This document shows positions 16,513 to 27,410 of a stretch of DNA of 64,000 bases, piece by piece. Position 1 is the first letter of the stretch; each line of letters begins with the position of its first letter. The DNA lies in assembly GCA_020137815.1 (NCBI GenBank), contig CM035350.1, positions 6,696,001-6,760,000 on the forward strand, read 5' to 3'. Origin of the DNA: Hormiphora californensis (Eukaryota; Animalia; Ctenophora). A model generated the notes under the pieces. That model was not told the DNA's origin. It saw nothing but the letters and a program-made list of their open reading frames with translations, and ran no database searches. A program made the position numbers and the translations under genes.

Positions 16513-16816
16513 TCAGCAGGAGGAGCCACCCGTTTGTTCCTGGTACACTTCAATTGTGTCATTATCCTCCATTTCTAGATCTTTCGGGGCCTGCTCGTCG
16601 TTGATCCTAGCTCCCTCAAACAGGAATCGGACAGAGTTGATGGGAATTCCCTGGGAGAGCGAGAGAAGGGGGTTAGCTAGCGGAGAACTAGAGAGTTGAA
16701 TTGGTCATACTTATGATTTTCTTGCGAGAGAGTCTGAACAAGAAAAATATAGAGGTAGAGTAGGAAGATAGAGCAGAGAGAGGAGAGAGAGAGAGAGAAA
16801 CAGAGAGAGAGAGAGA

Positions 16817-16856
<40 letters not shown>

Positions 16857-17074
16857 GAGATAGAGAAACAGAGATAGAGAAACAGAGATAGAAAGAATCA
16901 GAAAAAGAGGCCCTATTTTATCACCTGTCGTTCACAGAATGCAGCCTTGAGCTTCTTCATTTGTGTTGTCTTCTTGATACGGAAGTGCACCTCACTGTTA
17001 TTCTGGCCAATAACCCTCAGATTGATATGGTCACTGTCTCCACCGGCAGGCTTGGTCTCATCTTCTCCAGACAT
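16513..17074 (-). CDS. SUMO: SUMO precursor (SUMO1-like), exons 17074-16925 and 16650-16513, 95 aa
   Basis: [50 protein letters not shown]|[45 protein letters not shown]; phase-0 GT-AG intron. Confidence 0.97.
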
Positions 17075-17102
17075 GGCGAGGGTTACGAGAGCTATAGATA
17101 AT

Positions 17103-17472
17103 GAGGTGGGTTAGTGGGGAGCTGAGAGGTGGGTTAGTGGGGAGTTGAGAGGTGGGTTAGTGGGGAGCTGAGAGGTGGGTTAGTGGGGGAGTTGAGAGGT
17201 GGGGAGCTGAGAGGTGGGTTAGTGGGGAGCTGAGAGCTGGGTTAGTGGGGGAGTTGAGGGGTGGGTTAGAAGGGAGTTGCGAGGTGGGGAGCTGAGAGCT
17301 GGGTTAGTGGAGTGCTGAGAGGCGGGTTAGAAGGGAGTTGAGAGGTGGGGAGCTGAGAGGTGGGTTAAAAGGGAGCTGGGAGGTGGGTTAGTGGGGAGCT
17401 GAGAGCTGGGTTAGTGGGGGAGTTGAGAGCTGGGTTAGAAGGGGTACGAGAGGTGGGTTAGAAGGGTGGGTT
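17103..17472. repeat. G-rich ~23-bp minisatellite (gaggtgggttagtggggagctga)n immediately upstream of the SUMO 5'UTR acceptor
   Basis: Degenerate tandem copies. The sense-strand unit contains CACTAAC. Confidence 0.9.
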
Positions 17473-17673
17473 AAGGAGACAAACACATAAACTCGTTACA
17501 AGAGGGGTTCGGGATAGGCAAAACAAAAATATTGATATAAAGAGATAATAAATCGGTTGAAAGTTCAGTGAAAACAGACAACATTGGTAGAACGGAATAT
17601 GTAACAGCATGATTTTAAGAGAAAAATACTTTCCGTTAATCACACACAAAGAAACAATAAAAAAATGAAATGT

Positions 17674-18873
17674 TCACCGTTTTTTCGACCTCTTTTTCTT
17701 TTTCACATCTTTTGATGGCGATGGTACCTCGAAATCTGAACTGTCTGAGTTTTTCTTTTTCTCTGTAGACTCACTATCACTCAATGAATCGTCTTTCTCT
17801 TCACTGACTGGGGCGTCACTCTCAACTACACTTTCCCCTAGATCAACCTTTTTCTCTAACAGCTCATCAGCAGAACTATCCCCCGTACGCTCCTCCTCTT
17901 CTTTTTCCTTCTTCTCTTTTTCATCACTTGAGTCATCACTAACTTCCTCTGATTTCTTCTTAGAATTCTCTTTTTTATCTTCAATACTTAGTGAATCGGG
18001 TGAATCATCACTAATTTCCTCTAATTTCTTCTGCAACTTTGCTTTCTTCACAGGTTTCTTTACAGGTGTTTCCTCTTCTTTGTACTTCTTTTTCAGTGTA
18101 AGTTTCATCTTCTTTTTCGGTTTCTCTTCCTCGCTCTCCACCTCTTCTTTTTCCTCCTTCTTGGGCTTCCTTTTTAAAGTCAGCTTCTTCTTCTTCATCT
18201 TTTTCTCGGACTCAGAGGAACTCTCTTTCTCTTCACTTTCACCATCACTATCCCCCTCTTCTGGCATCTCATCCTTTTTCTCCTTCTGCATATTGCTTAC
18301 ACCCCGTTTGTAGTTCTCTCTCCTCAGCCTTATTCTCTCCTTCACAAAATCATCCCTATCTGAGTCGTTCAGGTCAGTTTCACCTTGGAACACAGCTGTA
18401 CACATCTCAAACAGCAGCTCAGAGGGCTCACCAAAATTCTGAAAATCAAGGGCAGCTTTGGTGATTGTCCTGATCTCTTCTATCGGGCTTGGCTCACATG
18501 CGAAGCATTTCCAGACATCCTGGTCGCCTAACGACTCAAAATAGTCTGCACTGACATTCCGGGTGATACACTCCTGACATATTGGTGCACGACACTCGTC
18601 GCAGCACGTCAAATTACCCAGTTCTGAACACCACATACAATAAATATCGTATCCGTCATTGTCTTTTGGGATGAGGTCTGAGTGGCTAAATATTAGACAC
18701 TCCCGGCACACTCCCACTTGAAGGAAGGGGTGACAGAGAATGTTCCGTTTTCCCTGGACGAGAAGCTGCGGTTGAGCACATGATGTACAATTGAAAACCA
18801 GGGATTCTTCTTTCTTTTTGCTCGTCCTAGCTTTCTTGTTACGACCTGACTTCGTGTTCTTCTGACGTACCAT
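17674..18873 (-). CDS. Stand-alone ATRX-DNMT3-DNMT3L (ADD) domain protein with a long acidic/lysine-rich tail, intronless
   Basis: CTSC..HPFLQVGVCREC..KDNDGYDIYCMWC..GNLTCCDECRAPICQECITRNV..WKCFACEP matches the ATRX-type ADD. No SNF2 helicase follows before the stop. Confidence 0.85.
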   Translation of the reverse strand: MVRQKNTKSGRNKKARTSKKKEESLVFNCTSCAQPQLLVQGKRNILCHPFLQVGVCRECLIFSHSDLIPKDNDGYDIYCMWCSELGNLTCCDECRAPICQECITRNVSADYFESLGDQDVWKCFACEPSPIEEIRTITKAALDFQNFGEPSELLFEMCTAVFQGETDLNDSDRDDFVKERIRLRRENYKRGVSNMQKEKKDEMPEEGDSDGESEEKESSSESEKKMKKKKLTLKRKPKKEEKEEVESEEEKPKKKMKLTLKKKYKEEETPVKKPVKKAKLQKKLEEISDDSPDSLSIEDKKENSKKKSEEVSDDSSDEKEKKEKEEEERTGDSSADELLEKKVDLGESVVESDAPVSEEKDDSLSDSESTEKKKNSDSSDFEVPSPSKDVKKKKRSKKR

Positions 18874-19717
18874 CTGATGTATGGTGGTTAGTGGGATTCC
18901 AGGGGGAAACAATTTTTACTTCCGGATTTTTCCCGACACTGTTAGACTGAAGACTAAAAAGCACCAACACAAGTAAAATCAAAAGCATTAACAAAAGCAA
19001 AAACTAATTATAATGAGGGGATGGATGTGACACGATTCTGGGACGCCTTATTGGCAGTGTGAGACGATACCAGGTACGAAACACAAGCCGGGCGCATATT
19101 AGGAGTTTAAATTTTTTCTAAAAGGGGGTTAAAATGGTATTAGATAACAATATCAATATGAAAATACCGGTCTCCCATGGGGGAGAAGATTAGGAGTTTA
19201 AACAATCAATGTGGTGGATTTAGATTTTAGGTCGTTTCAACTTTCACCCCTCAATTTTCCAGTCTACCAATGTGATAATGAGACTTTTGGTACACAGACA
19301 CAATCATCGGACAGGCACAACAGTGGAAAGTTAATTTTAAGCGAAAGCTGGGGTACCGGTTCAACAACTTAACAGTGGACGGAAAACGTCGAAAGTATTT
19401 AGAAACAGAAAACCGCAACAAAGAGAACCGACGCTCCGTTTTTTAATTTTTACGACGCGAGTTGTGTCCAGGCCATTTTTAGGCTGCAGCGCGGCGTCTT
19501 TATCGACACCGCGCCGCGGTTTTATATTTGCGCGGTTTACGAGTGCTGAACAAGTTTACTTCCATCACCATTGTTTCCGCGCGCGAGCCAAAGTCTGTCG
19601 TTCTGTTTTGTGACAAAAGCTGCGTGAATTGGATCATTTGCCAATTGCACCATTTCACAAACTCGTCACGCCTGAATACTGGAGATCAACAACAACTGTG
19701 TAGTTTTGGGGAACTGA

Positions 19718-20746
19718 TTAGAGTAACGCTTGAACATGCATTGATCTACTACAGTAGGGACACTCCCCAAAAACAGTCCCAAAACTCTGTCTCACGTTAC
19801 TGAGCCCTCTAAACCACTCCAAAAGACAATCAAGGTGAAATAATTGTTTACACGAACTGCTATTACAGCTTATCTCAGGTGTCTTTCCTTCCATTTCATG
19901 ACAATAACAAACCCCACACTCGCATCTTGATTCCTCCCCGCCAGTAGGCCCACTCGGCAACTCGACATCCAAAATATTGCCCAAATTATCCACAATACCC
20001 ATTCCGCTGTCCCAATCTTCTGAAAACTCATCCAACCTATCTTGGTACTCTACAATGGCAGAGGGAGATCCAAGAAACCGACACCGGGGTAGTGATGTTG
20101 GTTGTTGAGGGTCCAAGTTAATAATAATACTAACATCTGGTGTCACAACAATCCGGCGATGTGAGTGTTTCCGTGTCCCTTTCTCGGGTTCTACGACCCA
20201 ACATTTGGAGTCAATCTCATCAAGGACATCCCAAAGAGTCTGATGCTGTTCTACTATTGCTGATACCTGATCCAGTATATCTCTACACGAGGTGGAGGGA
20301 TGGGGTTGGATGGGCAGGTCACACGAAATAACGGGACCGGGGAAATTGAGCGTTATAACGTGATTCCGATCAGCGTCATCATGTACTTGTAATGTCACTG
20401 AATTGATATCAACCCGTTTAACTGATTCACTGGGTAGATTAGAAACTTGCCGGATAACTGACAGGATCTGATCATGGCATGGGGAGGGAGGTGGTGGGGT
20501 GGTATGTTTCTCAAGTAGGGCCACTAATTGCCCCACAAACCATTCCTTGTTTTCACTTTCGTTGAGTAGGCTCTTAAGTTGGGCTTGGAGGGGCTGTAGG
20601 GCTGACTGTAGTTGTACATCTGGGGTGAAGGAGGGAGGGGAGGTAGAGTGATCGAGGGATATGAAGTATTCAGTGCCGGTAGAGAGAGTTAGGTAGCCCA
20701 TGAAGGAGGTAGGGGTAACGGGGACTAGTTGGGGCTGACATAGCAT
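19718..20746 (-). CDS. FANCL: E3 ubiquitin ligase FANCL, intronless
   Basis: LWDVLDEIDSKCWVVEPEK..RRIVV..I.LDPQQPTSLPRCRFLG (DRWD domain) and C-terminal RING CGVCY..PEISCN..CKQLFHLDCLLEWFRGL..RQSFGTVFGECPYCS. First ATG at 20746. Confidence 0.95.
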   Translation of the reverse strand: MLCQPQLVPVTPTSFMGYLTLSTGTEYFISLDHSTSPPSFTPDVQLQSALQPLQAQLKSLLNESENKEWFVGQLVALLEKHTTPPPPSPCHDQILSVIRQVSNLPSESVKRVDINSVTLQVHDDADRNHVITLNFPGPVISCDLPIQPHPSTSCRDILDQVSAIVEQHQTLWDVLDEIDSKCWVVEPEKGTRKHSHRRIVVTPDVSIIINLDPQQPTSLPRCRFLGSPSAIVEYQDRLDEFSEDWDSGMGIVDNLGNILDVELPSGPTGGEESRCECGVCYCHEMEGKTPEISCNSSSCKQLFHLDCLLEWFRGLSNVRQSFGTVFGECPYCSRSMHVQALL

Positions 20747-20968
20747 TTCCTTGTTGAGGAGGATAGTGGTATATTTTAATCCGGTGAGAGATGGTCGAGC
20801 AAGCAAGAGCTGTGTAAATTAGGAGAGAGAAACAACGGTCTAACAACAATGAAGGAAAGTAATAACCAAAGGCAAAACACATTTCACGTTCATAGAACAA
20901 CTAAATTCTCTAAAATATACAAGCACACGTTTTAGGAGATGTTAATAAATTATAACTGTTTGTGTAAT

Positions 20969-21186
20969 CTAAAGCATCTTTTGTAGCGATCCGTTTTTAA
21001 AGGCAGCCTCAGTCTCGTCTCCTCCACCCAGGAATTTCCCATTTATCCACACCTTTGGAACAGATCTGGAGCCAGCAATTTTAGCACAGTAGTCCTGGAT
21101 AGCAGCACAGTCCTTCCTGTCCTCTATCTCAACGATCTTGCAGTCCTTAAATCCTGGAGGGGGAGAAATGGTGATCATAGATAGAG

Positions 21187-21239
<53 letters not shown>

Positions 21240-21245
21240 TGAGAG

Positions 21246-21326
<81 letters not shown>

Positions 21327-21543
21327 AAGATAGTGAGAGAGAGAGTGGTGGGATGGGATGTAACATGTTTAATGGTTATAGCATGTAACATGTTACATAA
21401 CATTAACACATTTGTGTGAATTATTTACCTGCTTGATCGAGATACTTCCTTGCCTTGACACAGAAAGGGCAATAAGACTTGCTGATCATAAAGACTTTGT
21501 TGTTTTTAATTCCATTGTCAACAAACTCCTGCACTTCAGCCAT
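20969..21543 (-). CDS. GLRX: Dithiol glutaredoxin (CPFC), likely cytosolic; exons 21543-21429 and 21153-20969
   Basis: MAEVQEFVDNGIKNNKVFMISKSYCPFCVKARKYL..RSVPKVWINGKFLGGGDE. Confidence 0.93.
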
Positions 21544-21769
21544 GTCACTGCTACTGGAAATACCTATCTTGCTAAAGAAATATTTTATTTTTTTGGGTGG
21601 GTTGAGTTGCCTAATATAATAAAAACGAGCATCGGTGGTATAATGGGCAAACGAACGGATGGATATAATACAGTCTAAATAAGGAAACTCGCAAATAACA
21701 AAGATAAAAAATACTCAGTAAAAACTCTTCAAGAAGCCCACAATATTGTACACTCATCAAGCTGTGTTT

Positions 21770-22703
21770 TCACTGCTGCTTTAGTTTATGGACAGTCCCG
21801 TCTAGTAAAGATCCCACGAGCTCATCATGGCCTCCTATCAACCGACCCTTGATCCATATCCGGGGTACAGTTCGGGCTCTGGTGAGTTCCCTGGCATAGT
21901 CCAGGATATCTTCCCCGTCTCCCTCTTGACGGCGATCTACCTCTACAACTACACCTTGGAATCCTGCACAGAGAGAAATAGTTGTTAGAATCACAAGCAA
22001 TGAGATGGCAAACACTGGGTTGTTATATTCTAACCCTCCTTCCGGGTCAGAATTAGATGCTACAAGCAATGAGATTAGAGATGGCAAACACTGGGTTGTT
22101 ATATTCTAACCCTCCTTCCGGGGTGCAGTGAAACAAAGCCGAGTAAGTCAATCACTGGTTGAGCTAAATAAACACTTGTATGTATCATGGCCCATCCTAC
22201 CAAGGGAAATATGACACGTGCATATCATCAGCCGCCTACCTTCTTTAGCTAATAGCTGTTTTGCCCGTATACAAAATGGACACGTTGACCTGCTAATCAC
22301 AAACACATCATTCTCTGCGATACCATTATCAACGAATGATTTCACCTCCGGGGTAAGGAACCTGAAATACCAAACGGTAAGAATATATCCTGATGAAGTG
22401 TTGTGTAGGGGGTAAAGAACTTGGAAAAGGTGGGTACAAGTGTGAAACAATTGGATTGCCCCCATTGTTCAATGAACCGGGGAATGAGTTAATCCAGGGT
22501 AACCGGGGGAGAGTGGTAACAACCAGGAACCGACCGTAACAAGTAAACAACCAATCAGAACTAGTTATTTAGGTCACGTGACTGGTTATCAGCCAATCAG
22601 GGACCAGTATTTCCTGATTCGGTCGGTTCCTGGTAACAACTCACCTTGGTGAACATACCTTGGTTGTTCTAAAGAGGAGTCCTGCCCCGAGTCTCAGAGC
22701 CAT
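21770..22703 (-). CDS. Second dithiol glutaredoxin (CPFC) with a putative mitochondrial presequence; exons 22703-22645, 22361-~22240, ~21963-21770
   Basis: MALRLGAGLLFRTTKVCSPR|FLTPEVKSFVDNGIAENDVFVISRSTCPFCIRAKQLL..RTVPRIWIKGRLIGGHDE; splice phases are consistent. Confidence 0.88.
22524..22632. mobile_element. hAT-like MITE (109 bp)
   Basis: TIR caggaaccgaccg/cggtcggttcctg; 8-bp TSD gtaacaac (22516-22523, 22633-22640). A second copy lies at 47014-47101. Confidence 0.9.
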
Positions 22704-22754
22704 ATTATACCTGTCTTCCGAGGGATTTAGTTAGTGGGGGAGATGTCAGGACGT

Positions 22755-23510
22755 TGGGAGTAGTGGGGAGTAGTTGGGAGTAGTGGGGAGTAGTGGGGAG
22801 TAGTAGGGAGGTAGTAGGGAGTAGTGGGGAGTAGTGGGGAGGTAGTAGGGAGTAGTGGGGAGTAGTGGGGAGTAGTAGGGAGTAGTGGGGAGTAGTGGAG
22901 AGTAGTAGGGAGTAGTTGGGAGACGTTGGGAGTAGTGGGGAGTAGTGGGGAGTAGTGGGGAGTAGTGGGGAGTAGTGGGGAGTAGTGGGGAGTAGTGGAG
23001 AGTAGTGGGGAGTAGTGGGGAGTAGTTGGGAGTAGTGGGGAGTAGTGGAGAGTAGTAGGGAGTAGTTGGGAGACGTTGGGAGTAGTGGGGAGTAGTGGGG
23101 AGTAGTGGGGAGTAGTGGGGAGGTAGTGGGGAGTAGTTGGGAGTAGTTGGGAGTAGTGGGGGAGTAGTTGGGAGTAGTAGGGAGTAGTGGGGAGTAGTTG
23201 GGGTAGTAGGGAGTAGTAGGGAGTAGTGGGGAGTAGTGGGGAGAAGTTGGGAGTAGTTGGGAGGTAGTAGGGGGTAGTTGGGGAGTAGTGGGGAGTAGTT
23301 GTGAGTAGTTGTGAGTAGTGGGGAGTAGTGGAGAGTAGTGGGGAGTAGTGGGGAGTAGTGGGGAGTAGTGGGGAGTAGTGGGGGAGTAGTGGGGAGTAGC
23401 GGGGAGTAGTGGGGAGGTAGTAGGGAGTAGTAAGGGAGTAGTGGGGAGTAGTGGGGAGTAGTGGGGAGGTAGTGGGGAGTAGTTGGGAGTAGTGGGGAGT
23501 AGTGGGGAGG
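22755..23510. repeat. G-rich ~10-bp tandem repeat (ggggagtagt)n between UTP6 and glutaredoxin 2
   Basis: Direct tandem degenerate copies. They give rise to the spurious [13 protein letters not shown]. Confidence 0.95.
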
Positions 23511-23650
23511 TATTTAACAAAAGGGTAGGATTCTGGGAGAAAGGAGAAAAAACACTGAGAATTTCTGGATATAATAAAACGGTTAAAACAGTAAATAAGT
23601 TACACTCCCCTAGCTAATTGTCACCAACACGGCCTGTCTAAACACACATT

Positions 23651-25278
23651 TCACAGAATTTCAGCAATATCAGAGTCGCTGTAAAGTTGTTTACATTTCC
23701 ATATGACGTCACTTATCTTCTCAGGTAGCTCCTCCCTACAGAATTGAAGGAACTCCCGCCAGTTGGAAAGAGAGTTATAGCTGGTAACCAGCTCACTGTA
23801 CATCTGGAACACCTGGTCTGGGTTAGACTTCTCCTTCTCAAACGATAGCATGGCCTGGTACCCACATTCAGGGACTGAATTCCAACTTTTCAGCTCTTTA
23901 AACGCATCCCGGACACCCTTCAAGCCCTCTCGGGTAAACACTGATTGGAGGTAGAGGGCGGAGAGGGAACCGGAGAAGCCCTGCTTCATTACCTCTCTCC
24001 ACTTATCTGCACACTTCTCAGGGTCGGAGTTAGAGAGGAATGTGAGATACTCCCTCCATATATCACTGTCCTCAGGTAGAGCACTAACTGCTAATTCGTA
24101 GTCAGTCAGCCCAGCTCCACTTGATAAACTGGCCAACCACAGGGGCTTCGAATCTGGGAATTGAGACAGAGCCTGGCTGAGAATCGCAGGGAACGAATCA
24201 TCCAAACCGACCATCTCGAGTGCCAAACCAAGAGAGAGGATCCGTGTCTGCGGATTTGGCGGGAAATGGGGAATCTGGAAGGAATGTGGCAACCACTTTA
24301 GAGAGGTCCTGTGGGAGTCTGCTCTCTATAGAGTGAAGGAGTTGTATAACTGCTAACAGACACTCAGCCGTTGGTATCAGAGTCAGGGAACGTCTGAGAA
24401 GGGATACTGCTTTCTCAATGTCTTTCTCAGCGACATGACCTGCCAGGCAACACCACACACTGGCATCCCTGGTATGTGCTAGAGAGAGTCTTGTCAAAGA
24501 GGAACTGAGTCAAGGATTCAGATTTAGTAGCCACACTGGCAACCCCAACAAACCGCCTCAATAGTTCCCCTCCCATAGTTATGCTTTTAAGGGCACTTGT
24601 GAAAACAATTTTAGCAGTTTTGTACTCCAGAAACTCAGCTTTAGTGTTTGTTTCCAGTGTTTTGTCGCATGCAGCCATCAGCTCTTGCCTTTTTAACATT
24701 TTCTCCACATGTAATACCTCCAGCCTGAAATACTCCACCCATAGATCTGAAGAGGAATCGTTGAATTTGAGAGCTCGCAAAAATATAGATCGAGCAGAGG
24801 TGATATTCTTGTTGGTTTCCATCTCGTTCTTGGCGCTCATAATCCATATCTCAACAGCTGTGGGGTTGTGTTTAAGGGCCTCAACAAATGCAAATCCGAG
24901 TGCTCGGGAGCTGCTCACTTTCTTGCAATACTTGATGTACTTTATCCAAAGTGGCACATCTGACTTGTATTTGCGGAGACACTTTTGAAAGATGAAGTGG
25001 ATCCGCTGCAGACTCCGATATTTAGTATGCTTCACTGACCTCGCCTACTCCCAACTTCTTGATTCTAGCCTGTTTGAGCTGTTTCAATTTTCAGCTCATA
25101 CTCAATAAACTTGACAAAATCCAGTTTCTTCGAAATTCGACGTCTCATTTTATATTCAAAGTCGGTACGGGTTTTGAATGACTGATTTGGCTTCCTCAGG
25201 TGACAAGACTCCCAGATGCTGGAGCTCGTAAACCTCGGGAAGCATGTCCTCCACATGACTTTGCACAATCTCCGCCAT
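23651..25278 (-). CDS. UTP6: U3 snoRNA-associated protein 6 (HAT repeats), apparently intronless, with several probable sequencing frameshifts
   Basis: MAEIVQSHVEDMLPEVYELQHLGVLSPEEAKSVI..RTDFEYKMRRR..DFVKFIEYE; RIHFIFQKCLRKYKSDVPLWIKYIKYCKK; ALKHNP..IWIMSAKNEME..SARSIFLRALKFN..LWVEYFRLE. Confidence 0.88.
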
Positions 25279-25687
25279 CTCTAATGATGTGGAAGCCGGA
25301 AGGGTTAAAAAACATCAAACCAATATTGTTTTAAGGGGTTGGAGGTGAAAGAGGATGGGGGGGGGGGAAGAGATGAGGGAAGAAAAAGGGGAAGTATAAT
25401 TTGATAATGTGTTGGAGGTAAAAGGAAGGGGGTATTACAAGAATCATTCGATTAAAACTAGAATGTTTTTAAAAATAACGTTATCCTGTTGGAAATAAAT
25501 TAATTGATATAATGCGTAATAAAGAGTATAAAATAGATTAAGAAACCAACTGTCCAACATTAAAAATAATAAGTTAATTGATTAAAAAACAACTTTTCCA
25601 GAATATTCCAGAATTAAAAAACAACTTTTCTCCAATATTATCGGACCAATCATTTAAGTTTTCAGTGTCCTTGCTCCCCTCCCGGTC

Positions 25688-27120
25688 CTAATCTCTTTCT
25701 CCCTCACCCTCTTCTCTTTCACCGTCATCACCACCATCGGACCAATCTGAATCATCGGATTCCGCAGGCGGATCGGGGACTCGATCAACAATAATACAAG
25801 ATGGACATGACTCAAGATACTGTCCATCGACATTTGAAAGTGCAGATTGTTATATAGAGCTTGGGTTCTTTTCGCACAATGTTTCTGCAGGATTGTAAAA
25901 ATTGCCCAGTGAGGGAAGTGCATCCAACGAGTTTAAGAACCTCCAAATCAGGGTTAGATTTGATTAATCCCTCCACTTCAGTGTCAAAAATATCGTGATA
26001 GCTGAGGTCAATGTTTCGCAGATTTTTGCACAGTGATAGCCACCGGTAATTCACCACATATTGTTCAAGATACATAATAGGTTCTCCAACGGGAGCTCTT
26101 AGAACCTGGAGATGCTTTAATCGGGAAATTAACGCCCATGCTGAAGTTGGTGCGACTGTTTTCGTTCCATTCCCGAAACGTCTAGGTGTGTCAGCCTCGG
26201 ACAATATTTAACCGCACATTTCATTACATTTCGGAATGCATAGGGATTTCTAACACTCAGCTTTAGTAGGTTAGGTGTTAGTTTTGAGCATTTTGTGAAC
26301 ACCTTCGAGATAAATGTCCTCACGTGAATAGAGGAAAATCTCCGCCAAAATCAGTTCAGTTAGGTTTGGTAGTAAAGCTTGGGAGTTTTCCGGGGATTGA
26401 TGTACCGAATCCACAATACCAAGAGCAAGGGGCTACAGCTAACCATTCCAGGGTTGCTTGGTAAGTGTTTATGATATGTGCGATCACAGATTGCTTTACT
26501 TCTTTACACAGGTAAAGGCTAACTGCACGAAGAGGGTTTTCTTGTAGGCTTTCCACAATTGAACTACCAATAATATTTCCACACGACAGGCAATGCAGTT
26601 CTTTGAGCTGCGGTAAGTCAAATAAAATCAGTTTGAGCCTTCTTTCAGTTAGTGAACCACATGAATTGAACTTCAGAGTTTCAAGGAGAGGAGGTGAGTT
26701 GTTCGAAAAAGTGGACGCAAACTTAGTTGATATCTCCACTCTCGTCAAAATTAGTGAAGTCAAACATTTGAAATCACCAATCGGTAAAGATAGCTTTACA
26801 GGTGGACTATCAAAACACGAGTACCTTTTATAATCGCAAAATTCTTCAAATGGAACAGTTTCAGGGCAATCTGCAGTGATTGAACCGCTGGTATTGATAT
26901 CAAGATGGTGGACGTTAAGTAGTGGACGGAAAGCCATCTTGGAAAGGTTATTCCACCGTTTACACACCTCACCACATTTTCCAACAGTAGAGAGCGGCAG
27001 ATATCTGAAAATCTCAAGGAGTACGTCATCTAGTAGTTGATGTAGAGATGGAAGTTGGTGTTCAATTCTTTCTACACTCCACACTGGAAACCGTGGAGTG
27101 ATCTCCTCAATCAAATCCAT
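25688..27120 (-). CDS. F-box/LRR-repeat protein with an acidic tail (frameshifted in this assembly)
   Basis: F-box LHQLLDDVLLEIFRYLPLSTVGKCGEVCKRWNNL followed by LRRs (LKELHCLSC, LRNIDLSY, LEVLKLVGCTSLTG). ATG at 27120; the acidic tail ends in TAG at 25688-25690. Confidence 0.8.
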
Positions 27121-27410
27121 ATTGACCTGATTTGAAAGATAAATAGTGATGCAGCAAACTGAAGTGAAATGTGATTCTAATAAAAGTATAACAATAATCA
27201 CTCCGCTGGCAAGCGCAAAGGTGGCCCCAAACGTTGGGGGTATGCACTGGATACGATTAATATCCAGGGATGAGGGAGGCTCTGTAAGGAACTGGCACCG
27301 GTGTAAAGAAGAAGAAACTGCCAGTGGGATTATCCAGCGCTTCAAAATCCAAAGTTAAAAGTCTCTTTAAATTAAAGTTGGCAAACGCTGCCATGCTGGC
27401 CCCCGCATTT

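Noticed and set aside
17074-17680. ADD-SUMO fusion by splicing from cg|gtgaac at the ADD stop to the SUMO acceptor
   Set aside because: The phases are incompatible (phase 2 donor versus phase 1 needed), so the product would be out of frame.
22705-23520. 271-aa ORF resembling RNA polymerase II CTD repeats (YSP..)
   Set aside because: It is a translation of a 10-bp minisatellite with a non-ATG start.
23651-27120. Programmed frameshifting or pseudogenisation of UTP6 and the F-box gene
   Set aside because: Multiple single-base indels, several at short homopolymers, in an essential gene within an error-prone assembly; consensus error is more parsimonious.
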